A DNA stretch of 14,586 nt from an uncultured delta proteobacterium (GTDB taxonomy: Bacteria; Desulfobacterota; RBG-13-43-22), in assembly GCA_963843145.1 (NCBI GenBank), contig CAWJJC010000018.1, positions 1-14,586 of the forward strand, read 5' to 3'. How positions within the stretch are numbered: the first letter of the stretch is position 1; the number at the start of each line of letters is the position of its first letter. Below, one piece after another: positions 1 through 7,516 of this stretch. The translations under genes were made by a program, and so were the position numbers. A model generated the notes under the pieces. It was not told the origin of the DNA. It saw nothing but the letters and a program-made list of their open reading frames with translations, and did no database searches.

Positions 1-23
1 ATGGTTCTTTTTATGACCGCACC

Positions 24-1839
24 TTACTGGGTCCCCTTCTTAAGTTCCTCAATACTGTTATAGTAGGTTCGGAGGATATCCTTCCGGCTGACCATGGAGA
101 TCAATTTTCGGGAATCCTCCCGACTGACTACCGGTAATTCCCTGATCTCGGCTCCCGCCATCTTTTTCAGGGCCGCATTCAGACTGTCCTCAGGCGTTAT
201 GGTAATGACCTTCTCCGTGGCGACATCTTTGGCTATGACCAGGTTATGCAGTTCCTTTTCCAAGAGGACCTGACGCATATCGGTTAAGGAAAGAATTCCG
301 CTCAATCGACCATCCTCATCCATGACCGGAAAATTGGATTGATGGGAGGTGACGATCGTTTGAACAATTTCATCAAAATGCATGTCTTGGGGAATGGTCT
401 CAATTTTTCTGTCCGCCGGTAAAGCCTCTTTGACCGATATATGATCCAGAAGATCCACGGCAAAATCACCGATATGGGCCGGCGAATCGACCCGTGTGGG
501 GACCTGTTTTTCATAAAGGGAATACTCTCCCAATAAAAGGTACGATATGGTGGAGACGATTAACAGGGGAACAATCAGGCTGTACCCTCCGGTCATCTCC
601 ATGATCATAATCAAGGCGGCGATGGGCACTTTGGCGATTCCGGCAAAAAAACCTCCCATGCCCACTAAGACAAAAGGGCTGGGAGAACTCACCAGATGGG
701 GAAACCATTCAAAACAAAGATTTCCATAAAAACCACCCAGCATGGCGCCGATAAAGAGCGAAGGAGCGAAAACTCCGCCGCTGCCCCCGGAACTGATAGT
801 AAAGGAGGTGGCTATGATTTTGCCGAATATCAGCAGCAGCATCAGGCCGGTGGTCAAATTCCCGTCTATCGCCGATTGCATCGATCCGTAGCCCCCTCCC
901 AAAACCTGGGGGTAAAAGAAGGCCAGGACTCCCAACATCAGCCCTCCCAAAGCCGGCACGATCGATTTGGGGAGCCGGACCTTTTTGAAAAAACGGTCCC
1001 TCAGGAGATAGAAAAAGCGGATATAGAAAAAGCCGACGGCGGCGCACAGAAGGCCGAGAAGCCCGTAAAAAGGGCAGTTCGGCCGGCGAGGTGAAGGAAA
1101 AAACGGGGATATGGAATATGGTCCCCCAGCCATCGTAAAAGGTGAAGACCGTGTATCCGACAATGGAGGAGATGATGCAGGGGATAATCGCTTCAAATTC
1201 GAACTCCGGTTCCCTATAAAGTACTTCCGTGGCAAAAAGGGCCGCCCCCAGGGGGGATTTGAAGATGGCTCCCAGACCCCCGGCCGCTCCGGCCAGAAGC
1301 ATAAGCCTCCGTTCCCGATCCCCCAATTTCAATAAGGTGGCTAAGGTGGAGCCAAAACCCGATCCGATCTGGGCCACCGGTCCTTCTTTGCCGGCAGATC
1401 CTCCAGAGCCGATGGTGATGGCCGAGGCAATCGTTTTGATCACCGGGACCCTTTTCCTCACCCTCCCTTTTTTTCGATGAAAGCTCTCGATCATGGCGTC
1501 GGTCCCATGCCCTTCGGTTTCAGGGGCCAGGTTGAAAACGATCAGGCCGGAGAGGAGTCCCCCCAACGCGGGGATCCAGATGATCATCCACCGCTGAAGG
1601 GGGATGGAGAGAAAGGGGGTTTCCCCGAGCTTTCCAGGAAGAATCAGGGAGACCAGATCGGTCATAAAGAACCGGCCCCCCCTTTGGAGAAGATAAGTAA
1701 ACAATATGGCCCCAAGGCCGGAAACCACCCCGATGACCGCCCCGAAGAAAATCCAGCGCCAGACCAATCGTATTCGTTCAAAAGATAGCGGCAATCGCAA
1801 TTTATTGATCAGGAAATTTATCTTGTCGTTGAGGGTCAT
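24..1839 (-). CDS. ClC-family chloride channel / H+/Cl- antiporter with C-terminal tandem CBS domains; one frameshift (sequencing error or pseudogene)
   Basis: ORF 709..1839 gives the N-half (GHGTD, GSGGSAGKEGP with gating Glu, AGAAGGLGAIFKSPLG). ORF 24..1235 gives the C-half (GGSGGVFAPSL, EMTG, SLYEKQ, CBS pair FPVMDEDGRLSGILSLTD / LPVVSREDSRKLISMVSRKD). Removing one A from A5 at 1067-1071 joins ...SPAELPF-YGLLGLL... into a 604-aa protein. Confidence 0.93.
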
Positions 1840-1876
1840 GCAAATCCTTCTCTAAAGGACGGAATTTCGATTGCTA

Positions 1877-1905
1877 ACTATACCTTTTCTCTTTCGAGCT
1901 GTCCA
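1877..1905 (-). promoter_or_regulatory. Putative sigma70 promoter for the ClC gene
   Basis: Minus strand reads TGGACA-17 nt-TATAGT, ending 37 nt upstream of the ATG at 1839. Confidence 0.55.
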
Positions 1906-2176
1906 GATGGGTTCTTGAGCACTTCAATGGGAAAAAATATGAGATAGGGAAATAGGAGAATGTCTATAGTGGAGCAAGATAACCCCCTCATAGGTTAGAT
2001 CACCCAAAGAACAGATTTTCTTTTTCGTGTAGCCTTCAACTCGGTCCTTGTCTTTTTAACAGCAAAATGTAAAATAACGGTCAGGCAAAAGGCCATGCTC
2101 TCGGGTAGGGTGTTCCCGGTAACGAAGGCCTTTAACCCGATCAAGATAATTCACAAACGTGAATATGATCGCTTCC

Positions 2177-3703
2177 ATGAACATCGCTTGGTGGGTGCAG
2201 CGCTGGAGTGAACTCCATCCCCAGAAGAGTGCCATCATCTATGAGGAAGAAGCGATTACCTATCTGGATCTGGACCGGCGGGCCAATCGGGCCGGTTGCT
2301 GGCTTCAGTCCCTGGGCCTCGATAAGGGGGACCGGGTGGCGGTCCTGCTGCCCAATGGTCCGGCCTTCATCGAACTCTACCTGGCTTGCGCCCGGCTGGG
2401 GGCCATCTTTGTGCCGCTCAATTTCCGTCTGGCCCCGCCGGAGCTGGACTATACCCTCCAAAACGCGCGGCCGCGGCTGCTGGTGTTCGGCCAAGAGTTC
2501 GCCGGCGCCGTGGCGGAACTCCGTCTCGGCCCCCAAAGGTCGGAGATGCTATTGGCCGGCGTCGGCCCCGGTTATCGGCCGGACGAGATCCGGGATTATG
2601 AGGCCGAGACCCAAGCCTTTGGTGAAGAAAAACCCTTTCAGGCCAAATCCCCGGGCCCGGCCAGCGAGGAGGAACCCCAGGTGATCATGTATACCTCGGG
2701 CACCACCGGCCTGCCCAAAGGGGCGGTTCTCTCCCACCGCAAGACCTTTTTCAACTGTCTGAATGCTGAGATTTTTTTCAAGTTCCATTTTGATGATATT
2801 ATGCTCATCGTCCTACCCCTATTTCACTCCGGTGGTCTGTTCATTCAAGCTTCCCCTACCCTGTACAAAGGGGCCACCATGATCATTCATCCGAAATTCG
2901 ATCCCCAACGGACCTTCGAAGACATTCAACGTTACCGGGTCACGAAGTTCCTCGGGGTCCCGACGATATTCAAATCTCTGGTTCGGGCGGGGAACGGAAA
3001 AAAGTCGGACCTTTCTTCCTTGCAGGTCTGCGCCATCGGCGGAGAAAAGGCCACTCCCGGGATGATGGCCCGTTTCCGAGAAGCCGGTTTTTCGCTCCGT
3101 CAAATTATGGGTCAAACCGAAACCTCCATCCTGTTGTGGGCCTCGGAGGAGGATGTGATCCGTAAGCCCGGTTCGGTGGGCCGGCCCGTCTTTCATGCCG
3201 AGGTCGAACTTGTTGATCGAGACTGCCGGACGGTGAAGCCGGGGGAGGTGGGGGAGATCGTCGTCCGGGGGTCAATCATGATGAACGAGTACTGGAAGGA
3301 TCCGGTAAAAACCGCGGAGACAATCCGGAACGGATGGCTCCATACCGGTGACCTGGCCCGCCGGGATGAGGAGGGGTATTATTATCTAGTAGACCGGGCC
3401 AAGGACCTCTATATCTCCGGCGGGGAAAATGTCTATCCGGCCGAGGTGGAACGGGTCCTTCGTGCGCACCCCGAGGTGGAAGACGCGGCCGTGATCGGGA
3501 TCCCCGATGAGGTCTGGGGTGAAGCAGGTCACGCCTTTGTCATCCGAAGGGCCGAAGGCCGAGTCTCGTCGGAAGCGCTGATCGCCTTCTGCGAGGGGAA
3601 GCTGGCCCATTTCAAGTGGCCGAAAAAAGTGACCTTCTGTAATGAATTTCCCCAGACCGCCCTCGGAAAGGTTCGAAAATCTGCGCTCCTTCAGGAACCT
3701 TAA
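2177..3703 (+). CDS. AMP-dependent acyl-CoA synthetase/ligase (FadD/MenE-like ANL superfamily)
   Basis: Motifs IMYTSGTTGLPKG (P-loop), MGQTET, GWLHTGD, DRAKDLYISGGENVYPAEVE and C-terminal GKV lysine. Start uncertain: GTG 2159, ATG 2165 or ATG 2177. Confidence 0.93.
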   Translation: MNIAWWVQRWSELHPQKSAIIYEEEAITYLDLDRRANRAGCWLQSLGLDKGDRVAVLLPNGPAFIELYLACARLGAIFVPLNFRLAPPELDYTLQNARPRLLVFGQEFAGAVAELRLGPQRSEMLLAGVGPGYRPDEIRDYEAETQAFGEEKPFQAKSPGPASEEEPQVIMYTSGTTGLPKGAVLSHRKTFFNCLNAEIFFKFHFDDIMLIVLPLFHSGGLFIQASPTLYKGATMIIHPKFDPQRTFEDIQRYRVTKFLGVPTIFKSLVRAGNGKKSDLSSLQVCAIGGEKATPGMMARFREAGFSLRQIMGQTETSILLWASEEDVIRKPGSVGRPVFHAEVELVDRDCRTVKPGEVGEIVVRGSIMMNEYWKDPVKTAETIRNGWLHTGDLARRDEEGYYYLVDRAKDLYISGGENVYPAEVERVLRAHPEVEDAAVIGIPDEVWGEAGHAFVIRRAEGRVSSEALIAFCEGKLAHFKWPKKVTFCNEFPQTALGKVRKSALLQEP

Positions 3704-3715
3704 AACGATTACAGG

Positions 3716-3758
3716 TTGACATCACCTAATTAGTGATGTAAGATGTAACTATAGGAGG
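3716..3758 (+). promoter_or_regulatory. sigma70 promoter with overlapping palindromic operator and RBS for the TA operon
   Basis: TTGACA (3716-3721)-17 nt-TAAGAT (3739-3744); inverted repeat ACATCAC (3719-3725)/GTGATGT (3733-3739); AGGAGG at 3753-3758. Confidence 0.8.
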
Positions 3759-3765
3759 ATATTGT

Positions 3766-4026
3766 ATGGGAAGCAGCAAACACAGGACTCAAATATCTTT
3801 AGAGATATGGCAATATGAAGCCTTGATGGAGGAATCACGAAAAACCAGGAAAAGCCTGGCCGGCATCCTGAGGGATTTAGTTGCAGAAAAATTCTCGGCC
3901 GACAAGACAAACCAAGTGGATGACCCGATTATGAGCATTATCGGCCTGGGCTCCGGCGACGGGAAAGCGGTTGCCAGAAATCATGACACCCTCCTTTATG
4001 ATGTTAAGCATCAAGATCCCAAATGA
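3766..4026 (+). CDS. Ribbon-helix-helix (CopG-like) antitoxin, VapB-type
   Basis: N-terminal RTQISL beta-strand plus two helices (QYEALMEES..KSLAGILRDLV); C-terminal DPIMSIIGLGSG..NHDTLLY typical of PIN-associated antitoxins; strong RBS; ATGA overlap with the PIN gene. Confidence 0.8.
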   Translation: MGSSKHRTQISLEIWQYEALMEESRKTRKSLAGILRDLVAEKFSADKTNQVDDPIMSIIGLGSGDGKAVARNHDTLLYDVKHQDPK

Positions 4027-4430
4027 AGCGTGTTTTCGTTGATACCGGTGCCTGGTATGCCTTGGTTGACCAGAAAGATCCCGATCACTCTGCTGCCGCA
4101 TCGTTCTTGAAAAATAATAAGATCCCCCTGCTGACAACCAATTTTATTTTTGATGAAACAGTCACTTTACTCAGAAGGAGGCTTGGTTGGATCATAGCGG
4201 TCCACTTCGGCAGACAGTTGAAAAACAGCAGACTGACCGACCTTGTTGCAGTGCAACGGGAAAACGAAGAAAAGGCATGGGAACTATTTCTTAAATTTAA
4301 AGATCAGGATTTTAGCTATACCGACTGCACGAGTTTCGCGGTCATGGAGGCCCTTAAAGTCGATAGCGCTTTCTCTTTTGATCGACATTTTCTGACGATG
4401 AATTTTAAGGTCTTTCCGGAAATCCAATGA
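4023..4430 (+). CDS. vapC: PIN-domain toxin, VapC family ribonuclease
   Basis: Four acidic catalytic positions in VFVDTGAW, FIFDETVT, SYTDCTSF and FSFDRHF; 135 aa; coupled to the upstream small gene. Confidence 0.9.
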   Translation: MKRVFVDTGAWYALVDQKDPDHSAAASFLKNNKIPLLTTNFIFDETVTLLRRRLGWIIAVHFGRQLKNSRLTDLVAVQRENEEKAWELFLKFKDQDFSYTDCTSFAVMEALKVDSAFSFDRHFLTMNFKVFPEIQ

Positions 4431-4569
4431 AACCGCATCGGGGAAGACCTTTGGTCATATATCACTTTAATACCCCTACTTCACCTGGAACTACCCCTCC
4501 GATAAATTAAACGGACCGGTTCCCTACTACCTTCTATCAAGTGGCCTTCCCAGGGAGCGCATTTTCTTC

Positions 4570-4611
4570 TTGACCTGATTATATCAATCCGATATATATC
4601 TAACAAATATA
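4570..4611 (+). promoter_or_regulatory. Promoter region with tandem palindromic operators, probably PadR autoregulation
   Basis: TTGACC at 4570-4575; TATATC-N5-GATATA (4580-4596) overlapping TATATC-N5-AATATA (4595-4611), directly upstream of padR. Confidence 0.6.
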
Positions 4612-4629
4612 TTACGGCGGAAAGGTCGC

Positions 4630-5163
4630 ATGGACATCAAATCAATTCTTCTGGGATTTCTCAACCGTCAGCCTTTGACCGGCTATGATTTGAAGAAACG
4701 TTTTTCCATCTCCTTCTCTTTTTTTTCCGGTGCGAGCTATGGGTCCATCTATCCGGCCTTGAAGAAAATGGAAAGGGAGGGACTGGTAACACAGCAGATG
4801 GAAATTCAGGATGGGGCACCCAACCGCAAGGTCTATTCCATCACCGCTGCCGGACGTAAGGCTTTTATTGAGGCGTTAACGGCCCCCTATCATTGGGAGA
4901 TGCCGAAGAATACGTTTTTGATGCGCCTTTTTTTCTTCGCCCACCTCTCCCCGGAAGAACGGAAAACGGCGGTTCGCAGTCACTTGGAATCCCTGAAAGA
5001 AACGCAACGACAGCTCAAATCGACCCGATCGAAGATCGAAGGCCGGGCCGACTTTTACCAACTTCAATGCTACAACTTCGGGCTACGGTTCTACCAGGAC
5101 ATTATCCGAAACGTATCCCAAGTGCTTCAGGCTCTGGAAAAGACACCGGAAAAGGAGCAATAG
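4630..5163 (+). CDS. PadR-family transcriptional regulator (long, subfamily-1 type with C-terminal helical domain)
   Basis: ILLGFL..PLTGYDLKK, ASYGSIYPALKKMEREGLV, PNRKVYSITAAGR winged helix; 177 aa. Confidence 0.93.
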   Translation: MDIKSILLGFLNRQPLTGYDLKKRFSISFSFFSGASYGSIYPALKKMEREGLVTQQMEIQDGAPNRKVYSITAAGRKAFIEALTAPYHWEMPKNTFLMRLFFFAHLSPEERKTAVRSHLESLKETQRQLKSTRSKIEGRADFYQLQCYNFGLRFYQDIIRNVSQVLQALEKTPEKEQ

Positions 5164-5166
5164 CCC

Positions 5167-6201
5167 ATGGATTCCTTGAGCCGACCCCGGCAGCTTTTTT
5201 TATATATCGCCCCGTTTCCGGCCCTGGCCTTTTTCAAAATTTGGGCCTCCTTTGAGCCCTCGGCCGCAAGCCTGACCTGGATCACCCTGTTGCTTTTAGC
5301 CTACTGCCTGGCCATATTGGTCATTGCCCGGCAATGGGACAAACCCACCTATTTCGACTGGACCATCGCCGTCTATTTTACGATTGTTCTTTTGTCCTTA
5401 CTGATCGGACCGAATACCGCCGGACCTTTCCTTTCCCGTTATGCCGTCACCGGCATCTATACCTGTCTTTTCACGGCGGCCTTTTTCCCTCCCCTCCTGG
5501 GCCTGCCCCCCTTTACCTATCACTATGCCAAGAAATCTACCCCCCGGGATCTTTGGGAAAATCCGATTTTTATCCGAATCAACCGGATTATGACCTATGT
5601 CTGGTCCGGGATATTCGCGGCCTGTCTGCTCTTAAGCCTATCTCCTTCTGTTTTCACCAGGGCTTTGATACCGTTAACCTTGATCCTGGGAATGGGGATG
5701 CCCTTTAATTTTCGATTTCCTGACTATTATCTAAGAAAGATAGGCCTGCCCTCACTGGCTGAGCAGAAGAAACTGGCGGCAGAGGCGTCGGGCATGGTCC
5801 GTCCGGATCCTTCAACGGTCCCTTTGCCGGAAAGTGCCTGGGAGAACATTTCCCGGATGCCGGATTATTTCAACCCGGAGGCTTCCGGCGAACTGAATGC
5901 GGTTATCGCTTTCCTGGTGTCAGGATCTGAGCGCTTCGACGCCTACCTCGTTATTCAGGCGGGCAACTGCCGTCTGGAAAATACGCCGCCCCGTCAACCT
6001 GACCTGACCATCCGCACCCCCGCTGAGGTCTGGCTGGCCGTCACCCGCGGGGAACTCGACGGCCAGCAAGCTTTCTTTCAAAAAGCCTATCAAGCGGAAG
6101 GGGACCTGGGGCTACTGATGCGGATGAAAATCTTGTTCAGCGGCGGGGTCGCTGTGTCCGGCGGGAAAACACAAAGCGCTAAAACCGGACTTTCCGAATA
6201 G
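5167..6201 (+). CDS. Integral membrane protein (about 6 TM segments) fused to a C-terminal SCP2 sterol/lipid-binding domain
   Basis: Hydrophobic segments across aa ~10-180 with PFTYHYAK...W.NPIFIRINRIMTYVW; the C-terminal domain FNPEAS..AVIAF..PDLTI..EVW..GELDGQQAFF..EGDLGLLMRM matches the SCP2 fold pattern. Starts 3 nt after the padR stop. Confidence 0.8.
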   Translation: MDSLSRPRQLFLYIAPFPALAFFKIWASFEPSAASLTWITLLLLAYCLAILVIARQWDKPTYFDWTIAVYFTIVLLSLLIGPNTAGPFLSRYAVTGIYTCLFTAAFFPPLLGLPPFTYHYAKKSTPRDLWENPIFIRINRIMTYVWSGIFAACLLLSLSPSVFTRALIPLTLILGMGMPFNFRFPDYYLRKIGLPSLAEQKKLAAEASGMVRPDPSTVPLPESAWENISRMPDYFNPEASGELNAVIAFLVSGSERFDAYLVIQAGNCRLENTPPRQPDLTIRTPAEVWLAVTRGELDGQQAFFQKAYQAEGDLGLLMRMKILFSGGVAVSGGKTQSAKTGLSE

Positions 6202-6262
6202 GCATCTCAATAGTTGCCTTAAGTAAATCACCAGCAAGCAAAACACAAGAAAGGAGCAGGCA

Positions 6263-7340
6263 ATGAACATATTGGCTTTAAACGCCAGTCCTCGAGGCGG
6301 AGGACAAAGCAAGACGGAATTTTTGTTAAATCATCTGGTCCAGGGCATGCAGGAGGCCGGCGCTGGCGTAGAGGTGGTGGCGCTCCGCAAGAAGAAAATC
6401 AAGTACTGCGTCGGCTGCTTCACCTGCTGGACCAAGACCCCCGGGGTCTGCATCCACCAGGACGACATGACCAACGAGTTATTCCCGAAGTGGCTGGCCG
6501 CCGATCTGGTGGTCTATGCCTTCCCCCTGTATAGTTACACCGTCAGTGCCGCCATGAAAACCTTTATCGAACGCACCCTGCCCGTGCTTACAACCTTTTT
6601 TTGACCACCGCGAAGGTGAAACCTGGCATCCGTTGCGATGCGACCCTCCCAAGCGTGGTCATGCTTTCGGTGGCCGGTTTTCCCGAAAATCTGTATTTAA
6701 TCTACTTTCCTCCTGGGTCTCGGTTCGTTTTCGGCTTCGTCACGATTTTCTGGTGGCGGAACTGTATCGATCGGCGGCCGAAAACCTGATCGCCCCTATC
6801 TTTCTGGAAAAAGCCCGGGAGATCCGAGAGGCCTTTGTGCAGGCCGGTCGGGAGATTGTTCAGCAGAGTCTTGTCACCCCGGAAACCATGGCCCTTCTTA
6901 CCCAGGACTTTACCGAAAACAAGGAAATGTTCACCCGCATGGGGAACGCTTTCTGGAAAACGTGCATTGCGGAGGGGGTAAGCCCCAGGGAATTTGAGGA
7001 AAGAGGTCTTGTTCCCCGGCCAGATTCCATTGAAACCTTTATGATGCTTTTGTCGATGGGATTCAACCCGGATGGGGCCGGCAACACCAAGGCCGTCATT
7101 CAATTTAACTTTTCGGGTGAAGCGGAGGGATCCTGTTATTTCCATATTGAAAACGGTCGGATTGAACCGCAGCCAGGAAAAGCCGAAAAACCGGACCTGA
7201 CCATCGAAGCACCCTTCGAAGTCTGGATGGACATCATGACCGGCAAGGCCGACGGCCAGCAGATGTTCATGGAACAGAAATACCGGGTGAACGGCGATTT
7301 ATCCCTGCTGATGCGGATGAAGCAGTTTTTCGGGAAATAA
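6263..7340 (+). CDS. Isf-like iron-sulfur flavoprotein (flavodoxin/FMN-reductase fold) fused to a C-terminal SCP2 domain; several frameshifts at 6590-6740
   Basis: FMN loop ILALNASPRGGGQSKT; Cx2Cx2Cx7C (CVGCFTCWTKTPGVC); DDM..ADLVVYAFPLY..MKTFIERTLP. The protein continues through ORFs 6601..6789 (VVMLSVAGFPE) and 6633..7340 (SCP2). Span is 1078 nt = 359 codons + 1, i.e. net one extra base. RBS AAGGAG at 6251-6256. Confidence 0.85.
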
Positions 7341-7359
7341 ACCAAGCAAGTTAGGATCC

Positions 7360-7421
7360 CGAAATCCGAAGCACGAAATTCGAAACAAATTCGAATGATC
7401 AAAATCCAAATGATCGAAACA
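7360..7421. repeat. Degenerate 7-8 bp tandem repeat (CGAAAYN-like)
   Basis: CGAAATC CGAAGCA CGAAATT CGAAACA AATT CGAATGAT CAAAATC CAAATGAT CGAAACA. Confidence 0.75.
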
Positions 7422-7432
7422 TCTCAACATCT

Positions 7433-7473
7433 CCCCCTCCCTCGGCGGGAGGGGGGGGCGGGGCGGTGGGTGA
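7433..7473. repeat. GC-rich REP-like hairpin between convergent genes; possible bidirectional terminator
   Basis: Stem CCCCCTCCC (7433-7441), loop TCGGC, stem GGGAGGGGG (7447-7455), then a G-rich tail ending GGTGGGTGA. No classic U-tract. Confidence 0.6.
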
Positions 7474-7516
7474 ATCCCGAATCTGAGCTAAAAATTTAAG
7501 TACTGTTGGTTGAAAA

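Noticed and set aside
1840-2160. Fluoride (crcB) riboswitch / fluoride-type ClC; weak stems at 2086-2140
   Set aside because: No GGCGATGG...TGA..CCT-like core seen; the protein has GKEGP rather than the fluoride-exporter signature; the stems are short and mutually competing.
2740-3010. Local GC dip inside the acyl-CoA ligase suggesting mosaic origin
   Set aside because: The frame and motifs are continuous, and the Phe/Ile/Lys-rich peptide explains much of it; no breakpoints are visible.
6590-6604. Programmed frameshift at T7 before the TGA at 6602-6604
   Set aside because: One slip would not restore the protein because further frame changes are needed downstream, and the better junction (PVL-QPFF) lies upstream of the T run.
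7360-7421. CRISPR array or internal coding repeat
   Set aside because: Units are 7-8 bp without spacers, there are no cas genes, and the overlapping ORF 7136..7402 is antisense to the SCP2 domain.
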